Source: Guillardia theta CCMP2712
Taxonomy: Eukaryota; Protista; Cryptophyta
Reading direction: 5' to 3'
NCBI RefSeq assembly: GCF_000315625.1
Contig: NW_005434667.1
Location: forward strand, 405,160-469,159
Length of the DNA stretch: 64,000 nt
In this document: positions 17,816 to 30,100 of the stretch, piece after piece
Position numbering within the stretch: the first letter of the stretch is position 1
How the letters are laid out: the number at the start of each line of letters is the position of its first letter
Program-made: the position numbers and the translations under genes
Notes under the pieces: generated by a model
What the model saw: only the letters and a program-made list of their open reading frames with translations
Database searches by the model: none
Told to the model about the DNA's origin: nothing

Positions 17816-18040
17816 TCATATCTTATCTTTATCTGATATGTAGGATTCAACACTCCAATCATGTGTGTTCTGCCATCTGAGTGTGATGTAATAGACAATC
17901 TCATCATCTCTTGATCTCACAATGAATGTATTGCCATTCTTTATATCTTCATTTACACTCTTCATAGCGAGTCCATCTGCTGTTATCTGGTCTATGTAGA
18001 ATTGTTCTTTGCTCCACATGATGTTCAAGTCAACAACCTC
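17816..18040 (-). pseudogene. 5'-truncated viral ORF at the virus/host junction
   Basis: The AT-rich frame continues to ~18,040, enters GC-rich sequence and meets an upstream stop with no proper start or promoter motif. Confidence 0.45.
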
Positions 18041-19089
18041 GGAGGCGGGCTTGCTTTCACGCTTCTGAACAATTCACTGACGAGTCCCGCCGCTGCCAGT
18101 TACTACGTGACGGTCAGAGTCCGTCCGACAGCCCGGGTGCGGTAGGCTGTTCAAGATCAACTCGCTCTAGCATTCAATCCCGGGCCGATTTTTTAGCCGC
18201 AACTTGAGGGCCGGGCGGCCCGCAATCCCGGCGTTCCGGCGGCCCTCATTCCGAGGGCCCGATCAGGATGAAAAGATTAATAACGGTGCTGGCAGAAAAG
18301 GAGTCCGAAAAATGCTTTCGCCGAAAATAACAGAAAAGGCTATGATATGACAAGGAGAAACAATACTGATACCTCATGGTCAAACGGTCAACCCTACTTC
18401 ACAGAGTCAAGTTCGTCCGATTCCACTGCCTTCAGTCTCATACTAGTAGCCGTGTTGACCCGCGGCCGCGAGTCCGATGAGGTCACGCTTGCCGCAGTGC
18501 ACTCCGACAAAGCTACTGATGAGTCAGTATGACCGGGCACTGCGGCACTGCAGTCCTGCCATGATGGCCTCAAAGACAACAGTAACGGTTGAGTAACGGT
18601 TAGTGAGGACACGAGGACCCGGCGCCTCCCTTGTTCGAAGACGGTGGGTGCGAGAACTTTATTGAGGGGGTGGGGTATAGAATGTCTAGGGTACTTTTAT
18701 ATGAATCTTGTGGTATACAGACGGGGTGGTATGATCAGTGAGTTTGGGGTGAAGGGGGGTGGGTGTGAGGCGATGGTGGAAGGGCAAAGAAGGCAGGAGA
18801 ACGCATGGTAGTAGTAGTGAAGCCGGCGACGTAATGGGTGGAGAAGGACGGTAGGGGGGCAGAGGAGGAACAAGAAGGGTGACGAAGCAGAGAAGAAGAG
18901 CAAGATGAGCTGATGAGCAGGAGCAGGAGCTCATTGAGGAGCTGAAGGAGTAGATGAGCTGATGAGTTGTACGAGGCGGTGGAGGAGGTAAAGGAGTCAG
19001 ATAGCTTTGTGGAGTGGCTCAAACCTGGAATTCTTGATCAAATATTGGCTCATGATGCTTTCTGATGACGCAGTTTACCTTTATAGAAT

Positions 19090-20405
19090 ATGGCACGAAG
19101 CCGAAGCCGAAGCCGGAGTGAAAGTCGCAGTCGCAGCAGGAGCAAAGGGCGCAGAGACAGGTCAGACATTCCTTGTAAAGTTTTTCAATATGTAATGTCT
19201 TCCCTGCCGCGCAGGAGGCGAGGTCGTCCTGCAGATGACTACGGGGCCGGCAAGGACTTTGACAAGGAGCATGAGAGAAGGTTCGGGAGATTTGCAAGCT
19301 TGAAGCCAAGTATGAATCTTGTTGAGCAGCTCCCGTGATTACCGAGGTGACTATCGCCGTGACCGAGAAGAGAGGGAACGTGGACGAAACAGAAGCAGTG
19401 AGACACCATGCTTGATGCCGATCTCCATTCGAACCCTCACCTCCTGTTCCAGAGAGTAGGAGCAAGAGCAGGAGCCGATCCAAAGACAGGAAACGGAATC
19501 GAGATCAGAGCAGGAGCAGGTCGAGGGACAGGAGGAGGGACAGAGGTGGTCCTTTCATCTCTTGTTGGCTGGGATATGACGCTTTCTTCTGTGAAGGCGG
19601 AAGGCGCAGGAGAGACAACAGACCTGAGGTACGTGACAAGGGATTAGTTGGACTGAGATGGCTCACTTTGTTCTAGCTGGATGAGTTCGGCCGTGTCATT
19701 GACTACTCGAGGGAGAGGAGTGTTTCTCCTGACAGGGACCGTCGCAAATTCGACCCCAGGAGGTGATTTGTCGGTCCTGTCCTCCCTTCTCCCAACCATC
19801 TCCCCCCCTCGTTCCTCTTCCCTTTGAGCCGTACATTGATCTCAAGGTTTCAGCATTCGAAGATCCGAATCTCCGGATCGGGACATTGAGCCAGAACCTG
19901 CCAAGGAAGTCGATGCCCCCAACCCCTTTCAGGTGGAATCTATCTTCACTGAGTTCGATGCATTGACTGCAGTGAAGGTCAACGAAGATGATGATCCGGA
20001 GACAGCAGCTGCGAAGATGGAGATGGAGATGATGGCGAAGATGGGCATCCCGGTAAAGCATGAGAGTGGTGCTGTGTTATTACTGATGGCTTCTGAAAGG
20101 TTGGCTTCGATACAACGAAAAACAAGGGTAATGTGCAGTCGGACTTTGACGCTGTACAGGCATGACCATTTCGGTCAACGAGATGCTTTCCTGACCTTGT
20201 CTTCTTCAGGGTTGTGTCCGAGTGAAACCACAGCGACAGCCTCGTCAGTACATGAATAGGAGGTATTCGTTCTTCACAGCATCCTTGTTTCGTTTGCTCA
20301 CTTTTTGTCAGGTGCGGATTCAACAAACCCCTACCAGCAGAGCACACGAGGGCAGTGAAGGGCGTTGGCTCTTCGCAGTATGAAGGAAGCAATGTCACCT
20401 GGTAG
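19090..20405 (+). CDS. SNRNP27: U4/U6.U5 tri-snRNP 27-kDa protein-like (RS-rich N-terminus + DUF1777), multi-exon
   Basis: MARSRSRSRS..., MMAKMGIP, GFDTTKNK, RQYMNR, GFNKPL across short GT-AG introns. Confidence 0.8.
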
Positions 20406-21118
20406 ATCCTCGCTACAGGCAGCGGTTCTCTGGTTTTTCTTCTTGGTGCTGCTTCACGTTCTGCTGCCTCAGGTAGCAGCAAACAGTGGCAGAATAATTC
20501 TGTATCAAACTTTGTTGCATAAATCGTTTTCAAGATAAATGCTGTTTGAAACGCCCCGGTTGCCAAGGCTTGTAGCAGCAAGCCTTCAAGCCTGACTACA
20601 CTTGAGTTGCGGGCCTCGGAGTCGGCGACTCGACCGGAGTGAACCTGTGGTCACTGCGGCATGGCATGACTCAGTGACTGGTGACAGGACTGGTGAGCTG
20701 ACTGGTGAGTGAACCCTCATTGTAGGGTTGGCCCGACTCGCAATAAATCTGTAATTTTGTGATATGTTCTATGTGCCGATACAATAAAATCAACAATAAA
20801 TATTCTGAGGCAGGCTTGAATTACACGGCGCTTTCTCTTTTCCCCTTCACAAGGTTTATAGGATATATACTGATGGTCACAAAGGCTGTTTCACCGAAAA
20901 GGCATGGCGCGGGAACGGGAAAGGGGAGGTAGGTGAAAGACGGAAAGGAGACCACGGGAAGAGCTGACGTGTCCCGTTGACAGAGATGAGATGAGATCCT
21001 GCTGCAGTCTGCAGGACAGGAAGGATGTCATCAGAAGCAGTGGAAATGCGCCTGCCTGTCAGACCCGTGAAATGCAACTCCGCGACTTGAAGTAAGTTGT
21101 CTGGGAAACTCAGAGATC

Positions 21119-24100
21119 ATGCGGATTGTCAACGTTGCAACCGGAAAGCCTGCCAAACTACTCATTGTATTGATACTTCTGTCAAATATTCTTTTTAGCC
21201 ACAGGTGAACAAGGTGTGTTTGATTGCATGTGATTGACCTTATACCAACAGCATTCCATGCGATCCAAACTTCTATTCAAATGACGTCACTTGCGAACAA
21301 TGTCCATCAAATTCAATCTCAGAAGCAAATTCTACAAGCATTCTTGACTGCATATGCGACGCGGGGTACACAGGGCTGAACGGGTCGAACTGCACGGCGT
21401 GTCCAGCGGGACAGTACAAGGCGAGCAACGGGTCATCGCAGTGTGCTCCATGCTCCGCAGGTACCTACAATAACGCGACGGGGGCCACCGTCTGCTCGGG
21501 CTCGTGTGCTGAGACCTTCACGTCACCGGAGGGGAGCTCATCAGAAGAAGCCTGCGGCTGCGTACCCGGGCTGAGTCCGGTCAACGGAACGTGCACGTCA
21601 TGCGAGGCGGGCAAGTACAAGGACGAGCTAGGGACGGCCACGTGTACTGCCTGTCCTGTCAACTCCACNNNNNNNNNNNNNNNNNNNNNNNNNNNNNNNN
21701 NNNNNNNNNNNNNNNNNNNNNNNNNNNNNNNNNNNNNNNNNNNNNNNNNNNNNNNNNNNNNNNNNNNNTCGCTAAGCAACTGCACGTGTGTCGGGGGATA
21801 CTACGGGTCGATGGGGAACTGCACCATGTGCCCGGACAACTCCATGTCAGCGGGAGGCTCTACGGTGCTGACGGACTGCAAGTGCAACGCTGGTTACGTG
21901 TGGGAGAACACGACATCAACGTGCTCGGCATGCAGCAGGGGGACCTACAGGGGCGAGAACGACACCGAGTGTCTGGCATGCGAGGCCGGGAAGTACTCAT
22001 CGACGGAGGGATCACCGGAGTGTCAGATGTGTCCGGAGCATGCAAGCTCGCTTGCGGGATTGACTGCATATGCGACGCGGGGTACACAGGGCTGAACGGG
22101 TCGAACTGCACGGCGTGTCCAGCGGGACAGTACAAGGCGAGCAACGGGTCATCGCAGTGTGCTCCATGCTCCGCAGGTACCTACAATAACGCGACGGGGG
22201 CCACCGTCTGCTCGGGCTCGTGTGCTGAGACCTTCACGTCACCGGAGGGGAGCTCATCAGAAGAAGCCTGCGGCTGCGTACCCGGGCTGAGTCCGGTCAA
22301 CGGAACGTGCACGTCATGCGAGGCGGGCAAGTACAAGGACGAGCTAGGGACGGCCACGTGTACTGCCTGTCCTGTCAACTCCACATCGGAGGTAGGGAGC
22401 ACGTCGCTAAGCAACTGCACGTGTGTCGGGGGATACTACGGGTCGATGGGGAACTGCACCATGTGCCCGGACAACTCCATGTCAGCGGGAGGCTCTACGG
22501 TGCTGACGGACTGCAAGTGCAACGCTGGTTACGTGTGGGAGAACACGACATCAACGTGCTCGGCATGCAGCAGGGGGACCTACAGGGGCGAGAACGACAC
22601 CGAGTGTCTGGCATGCGAGGCCGGGAAGTACTCATCGACGGAGGGATCACCGGAGTGTCAGATGTGTCCGGAGCATGCAAGCTCGCTTGCGGGAAGCATG
22701 GAGCTTACAGACTGCATATGCGACGCGGGGTACACAGGGCTGAACGGGTCGAACTGCACGGCGTGTCCAGCGGGACAGTACAAGGCGAGCAACGGGTCAT
22801 CGCAGTGTGCTCCATGCTCCGCAGGTACCTACAATAACGCGACGGGGGCCACCGTCTGCTCGGGCTCGTGTGCTGAGACCTTCACGTCACCGGAGGGGAG
22901 CTCATCAGAAGAAGCCTGCGGCTGCGTACCCGGGCTGAGTCCAGTCAACGGAACGTGCACGTCATGCGAGGCGGGCAAGTACAAGGACGAGCTAGGGACG
23001 GCCACGTGTACTGCCTGTCCTGTCAACTCCACATCGGAGGTAGGGAGCACGTCGCTAAGCAACTGCACGTGTGTCGGGGGATACTACGGGTCGATGGGGA
23101 ACTGCACCATGTGCCCGGACAACTCCATGTCAGCGGGAGGCTCGACAGTGCTGACGGACTGCAAGTGCAATGCTGGTTACGTGTGGGAGAACACGACATC
23201 AACGTGCTCGGCATGCAGCAGGGGGACCTACAGGGGCGAGAACGACACCGAGTGTCTGGCATGCGAGGCCGGGAAGTACTCATCGACGGAGGGATCACCG
23301 GAGTGTCAGATGTGTCCGGAGCATGCAAGCTCGCTTGCGGGAAGCATGGAGCTTACAGACTGCATATGCGACGCGGGGTACACAGGGCTGAACGGGTCGA
23401 ACTGCACGGCGTGTCCAGCGGGACAATACAAGGCGAGCAACGGATCGGCAAACTGCTCGCTGTGCCCGGCGGACACGTTTGCAGATTCCGTAGCTACATC
23501 TCAATGTAAGTCGTGCCCGTGGAATGCAACTTCTTATCCCGGCAGCGTCAGCTCTCTGGATTGTCGTTGTAAATTCCCGTATTACGGGACTTTTGAGCTT
23601 GGCTGCAGGCTTCTCAACTGTACAGAGTCGAATTTCACTTGTAATGGTTACCAGCAAGAATGCATAGCATATGATTACTGCATATGCAACAAGGGGTTTG
23701 ATATGAATATGACGACCAAGGAATGCCACAACATCAACGAGTGCGGTAAATCTATTCCTTTTTTATATGATTGATGAGAGATTGACTTTCTTTCTTTTCT
23801 CAGTTCTAGAAGAATATCAAACCTGTGATTTGAATGCTTATTGTATGGACACTGAAGGTTCATTTCAATGCGAATGTCTTCCTGGTTATGTGGGGAATGG
23901 GACCCATTGCATTGAAGAATGTAACACTGGGAGTATTCAATGTGCTGAAAACGGGCAGTGCATATTTGATATATTCAGCATGGAAAATTACTGCATCTGT
24001 AACGAGGGCTACGAAGGAGATGCTTCGGTCTCTTGCATAAACATAAATGAATGCCTCAACAATCAAACATGTCCGGTCAATACAAACTGCACAGACACGG

Positions 24101-27100
24101 ACGGCAGCTTTCTCTGTTTATGTAAGGAAGGATTCGACCTGATCAATGATGTTTGCACTGATATCAACGAATGCATTGACTATACAGACTGTCCATTGAA
24201 TTCTAATTGTACGAATACTATTGGATCGTTTGAGTGTATTTGCAATGCTGGTTATTTTCATTCTCCAGATCAGTCGTCGTACTGTTCGGACATCAACGAG
24301 TGTCTAGAAGGGTATGACACCTGTGCGATCAATTCTTCGACTTGTACCAACGTGATTGGCTCCTTTGAATGCACATGTAATCCTGGTTACTCGGGTGACG
24401 GAATCACGTGCGTCGACATCGACGAATGCAACGCTACGGACACCAACAACTGTGACATTCACTCTGTGTGCAGCAACACCATAGGTTCCTTTCTTTGCGA
24501 CTGTACCGAAGGATACACAGGGACCGGAACTCTTTGCCAACTGTGTGAGGCAGGCAAGTACAAGGACCTGGTGGGGCCTGCAGCATGCACACCGTGCTTG
24601 AACCACTCTTACAGCCCTGTGGGCAGTCGGAACAGTTCAAGTTGCTTGTGCGTCGAAGGGTTCTACAGAGATCCACTGGGCAACTGCTCGTCGTGTCCAG
24701 CTGACACGTTCAAAGAACAGATCGGAGACGAATCCTGCACCCCCTGCCCGTTGTACATGGTCGGGCCTGTTGGAAGCAGCAACTCATCTTTGTGCCAGTG
24801 CCAAGAGGGATACACCTTGAAGAATCTCTCAGACACTTCAACATGTGTGGCATGCGATCCAGGAACCTACAAGGACCAAGTTGGTCCTGAGGGATGCTCC
24901 GCCTGCCCTCCACATACAGTATCAGCTGTCGGAAGCGCCAGCAAATCTGAATGCATCTGTGTTCCGGGCTACACTGGTGCAGGAGGAGTTTGTGTGGCGT
25001 GTGAGAGTGGCAAGTACAAGGATGTCAACGGAAGCTCGGAATGCAAGTTCTGTCCGTCCAAGGCTTCTTCGGAACCGGGCAGCAGCAGCTCAACAGACTG
25101 CCGTTGTGACTACGGTTCGTACGGTGATGGCTGCCTGCCATGCCCTGTCGGCAAGTACAAGGACAACATCGGGTCCGAGGCCTGCCAGCAGTGCCCCCCC
25201 AACTCTACTTCGAGCACAGGCGCTCGCCACATCGAAGAATGTGCATGTAATGCCGGCTTCTTCGGGGTAAACGGCGGAGTCTGCGTGCAGTGTGAAAGTG
25301 GCAAGTACAAGTCCGTGTATGGCTCCGAAGACTGCGACGTCTGTATCCCCAACTCGTACTCAGCTGTCGGGAGCATCTTGCCGTCAGACTGTGTCTGCAA
25401 CGTTGGTTACCAGGGGAGTGGCGACACCTCCTGCACGGACTTCAACGAGTGTCAGGTTGGCACCGACGATTGCGATCACACCCGAGCTGTGTGCATCAAC
25501 ACTGTAGGAAGCTTCCAATGCTCTTGCGTTCAAGGATTCACAGGCAATGGGACGACCTGCCTTCCTGAAAACATTATCAAGTCCTTTTCCTTCTTGATGT
25601 CTTTTCCAAGTTCGTACTTGCTCAACACCAGCTCTCTTTTCCTAGCGATTTCTGGTGCTTTGAATGTCGAATTTCCTTTGAATTTGACCGTGAGTCTGGT
25701 GAGCTCGGGTGGAAACTATTTGAACCATTCGAATCATTCCAATCTTGAGATTTGGCGAGTCATCTTTGCAATGAGAGTGACCAGCATCGACCAGTTCGAC
25801 ACGTACAATGAAACTTTGGTGGTTCAAACTCTTCTCAAGGCAGGGTTTGCGTTGCCTTACAACTTTACCGACACTGTCGTGGTGTCAGAGTGTGGAAATG
25901 GACGGATAGAGGGATACGAGATGTGCGACGATGGGAATTCAGTTGAAGGCGATGGCTGTGACGCCATATGCCGAATTGAGTCAGGTTGGACCTGCAAAAT
26001 TCAGCAGATTCCTGCTTCTCCTGACAACTCAACCACAAGTGCTTGTACTGACATCAACGAGTGTTTGCATCCAAGTGTAGTTTGCAGTCCTTATGCCAGG
26101 TGTTACAACAAGCCTGGAAGTTTCGACTGCGTCTGCTTGCGAGGCTTCTTTGGAAATGGAAAAGAATGTACGGATGACTTCCAAGACAACACTCTTTTGC
26201 AGGAGAACACCATTTTCTCCTCTCTTCCTGTCAGCGTGATATCTAACGTAACCATCAAGGATTTCGGAGCTTCGATTGCGCTGGAGAAGAATATGCTGCT
26301 TGTGGGCTCGGATGGGTTAGGAGCCTTGTTGTACGAGAGAGAGTTGGAGGGGAAATGGGACAGTAATCTCAAGTTTCACTTCAGAGCGTCTCAACATCTG
26401 ACAGGTTTTGGCATCTCGTGCTGCATGTACTCCAATGACATTGGGGATGTCACGAAGCCCAGCAGGAGTCAAGCTGTGATTGGGTCCAAGCAGAACCAAG
26501 TTTACATCTTTGAACGAGAGAACCAGGGTACATGGGCCCTTGCAGCCGTGTTGAAGCATGAGAGTCTCTTCTTCGGCTCTTCTGTCGCAACCTACAAGGA
26601 CGATGTCTTGGTGGGAGCTTACGGCGATCAACAGGCCTTCGCGTTCCGACGAGATGCTGTTACGGGTTGGTCCTCCAGTCCTAGTCGAGTGTTTCTCCCA
26701 GACTCCAACTTGGGCTTGTTTGGCAGCGCAGTTGCAATCAGAAACTCAGTGGCAGTGATCGCTTCCTTGTACAGCGAGAGAGTATACGTGTTCTTCCGTG
26801 ACTTGAACGGGCAGTGGTTGGACGCTCCTCAGATCTTATCGTACGCAGGGTCAGACTCGTTTGCCTCGAGCTTTGGGGCTTCGATCTCGATGTCGGACAG
26901 GTTCATCTTCATCGGAGACCCGCAGAAGCGTCAGGTCCACATCTACATCAAAGACACCAACACCAGTTACAACTTCCTTCGGATCATCAGCTCGGAGTCT
27001 CGCAACTTTGGAAGCTGCGTGGCGAACACAGATCTTTACGCTGTCGTGGGTGCGATGAACATGAACAAAGCATTCATCCTCAAGGTCTCGACCAACGACA

Positions 27101-30100
27101 CTTGGAACTTCTCGAACGCGCACATTCTTGGCGAGGGCCAGAGGCCAGCGGAAGACCTTGGGTCCGCATGCTCCATCACGAACCAAGATGTCGCTCTGCC
27201 CTCCATGATGGTCAGGTCGGTGTATCTTCACGCCTCTTTCTGTGCCTACGGCTTCTACGGCTGGTCCTCGGACAACTGCACCTTGTGTCCTGCAAACACA
27301 ATTGCCAAGAATCTCAGCAGGACAATCGAAGATTGCGTGTGCGCTCCTGGCTACTACGGTCCAGATGGAAACAGCTGTGAGCTTTGCCCGGCCAATCATT
27401 TCTGCACAGGTGGATTAGAGAAGGTGTCGTGTCTAAACTATTCCTCGAGCCGTCCAGGAAGCATGTCATCAGCTGATTGTGTGTTCAATCGCTTTTTGAC
27501 TAAAAACATCAGCCAATCTACGACAAAAGCGAATCGATCGAACATCTTGACCATGATTCTCGAGCCGAACATCAATGTCTTTGTGAGTGATCATCTGAAC
27601 ATCACAGTCAGCGGTTTGCTCTGTGGTGGATCTGATTGTGCACCATGTCCCGATGGTTTCAACCTCACAGTCTCATCCTCCACAGGTAGCGTGAGCAACG
27701 TCACTATAGAGAGCAGCTCCAGCGGTCGTCTCGTCATCTCGCATACGGCTGACATGCTTGTCGGAGCCTTATACCGCTACAGCTGGTGCTTCCTCAATCC
27801 TCCCCAGGGTCAGGAATCACCAAATATCTTCATCGAGGCCTCCGCCTCCTCCCAGGCAGGCATAAGCTTCCATCCTGCCCTCATGCTCAAGGCGCCTGGT
27901 CGTTCTGCTCCCCTCGCTATCGATGGTCTCTCGCTGCTGCATGCGACGCAGAGCGATCCGAGTCAGGTGAGAGAAAGAGCTTGACATGATCGTCGCAGGT
28001 ACTGACGTGTGTGTTGGCAGCTTTCCTGGAACAACATTTCTATCTCGCTTCAATCATTTACCACTATCAACTCTCAGTCTTACATTCTTATCTATCCCCT
28101 TGAGGGAATTGAGATTTTTCCATCGTTCAATGTCACCAACACAGACAATTCAGATACTTTCTCCAAAGATGCGATCTACAATGAGACAGACAAATCTTTA
28201 CGTGTTTCTCTGTTGAAAAGCATGCAACCGTCCAACATTTATTCTTTCTCCATTGCTGTCATGAATGGCAAAGCAGCGCAGGAGGCATATCCTCTCACAT
28301 TTCAAATCTACGATACAAACGACGAGCTGATAGTGCACAAGGTTCAAGACAGCTCCTTGCTCGACTTCACGTCACCATTCACCATCGCTGGCTTCACATC
28401 CGCGGACATCTTTCAGAGTACAGCCTCTCCTTCAACGATCAACATCATCACTGTGATGCTGACAAGCTCCTTCACGCTCCTCCCTACGTCTCCCCGTGGA
28501 ATGTCTTGTATAATTCAGGGGTTGACAGGATCGTTGACTCCGGATCAACAGATTGTAGTCAACCATACAGCATACAATGTTTCCACGCACCTTCTTGCTT
28601 CTTGGGTTCAAAGCACAGGGTCTCTTCAGCTTGACATGGAGTTCGGCTTCACTGCACAAGATCCGTTCAATCTCACCTTCTCTCTTGAAAATCCTTCTAC
28701 AGCACAAGCAGCTCGAGCGGCTTCTCTCTCCTGCACTGGGATTCTAGTCGCTCCCTTCCTCTTGCAGACTCCTCAGAATCGTTACGGCCCGTTGGCAACT
28801 TCGGGCTTTGCGCACTTACGAGCTTCGCAGAGCAACGCTTGTCCTGGAGGGACAAACGAGCTCACCATCGAGTTTTCTCTCTTCGTGTCTCTTCCCTTCC
28901 AGACTGACTCGACAAGTTCGCAGCTCATCATCGAAGGTCTCGTCCATGTCGCGTCTCCCCCGGTCGTTACGCTCATGTCAGCCACCAATGCTTCCAACAC
29001 CGTCTTCCTGGACTCCACGAGTCTGCTCTCTACCAACCCGACTTGGCATGACAACCTGGGGACGCTGAGGCTGCAGCTCGAGCCCACCTCAGTCCTCGAG
29101 GCTTCCAAGTACCATCGTCTCACACTTGCCTTCACGAATGGCAACAGCGGGCAGGCAGCAGTCCAAGTCCAAGTCTCGGGGACTGGGAACATGTTCCTGG
29201 CCAAGACGGCAGCTGATTTTGTGCGAGGTGAACATGCGCCCTTGCAGATCTACGGGGTGAGCGCTGCAAGCCTCCAGCAGTCGAATGCAAATATGGATGA
29301 CTCCAACGTCATCGTCCTGACTCTTGAAAGCTGGCTTCCGCTGCTCAACGGAACAAGAATATCCGTTGACGGGCTGCCGGCTAACCTTTCTTCTGATGGA
29401 AATCTGGAAGTTCAAGTTTCACTGTATCAACAAGTCTCGACGATATCCGCCGCCTGGTCGGCTGCGTTGTTGGTACTGACCGTTCCATTCAATGCGCAAG
29501 ATGAGACCCTGCAGATCTTCGTATACACTATGCGCTTCACAATCAAGAACCCTTCCTACGGTCAAGATTCTCCTTCCTCGGTCTCGATTCAATTTGGTCA
29601 GGAAAACTGCCCGTCGTTTAACTTCAGCAAGGAAGTCACCCTGGCGAAGAAGAACTATGCTCCGTTCCTCGTTGCCGACATCCTGGAAGGATCCATCCGC
29701 CAGTCGACTGCCTCGATCAGCTCCAACAACTTTGTCACCCTCAACTTCACGTCGCGCGGAAACCTTGAACCCGGCCTGATCCTCAACCTCAAAGGCATCG
29801 AGTGCTGTCGCTGCGGAACCCGAAAGCCTCTGACGTGCAAATTTCAGATCAAGGAAGTGAGCTCCGATCAGTTTCACTGGCGGGGAGAAGAAAGCTCTGC
29901 TCCTGTGACATTCATCGCGTCAGGAAACACCAACTCGACCTACTTCACTTCCGTCATCCAGCTACAACTGCTGGTGCCAGTTCAAGCGAGACAAGCTCTC
30001 GTCATCGTCCTCATGACTCAAAACCATGATTGCGGCCAGCTGAGCTCGACAGCGATCTCGCTGTCTGTCGCGCCAGGGCCGGGTATGCAGCCCCCCTACG

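Larger units (their letters stand above)
1..18040. mobile_element. Endogenous large-DNA-virus (NCLDV-like) segment; left end lies outside the window
   Basis: AT-rich, intronless, compact ORFs of virus-typical families (AEP-UL9 fusion, Bro-N-like, GT25, HMG, C2H2). Shared AAAA(A/G)TGA upstream motif. Abrupt switch to GC-rich, intron-containing DNA at ~18,040. Confidence 0.85.

Noticed and set aside
21591-22060. N-terminus of the 727-aa ORF (MHVMRGGQ...)
   Set aside because: Wrong frame, caused by the N-gap and the mis-joined repeat.
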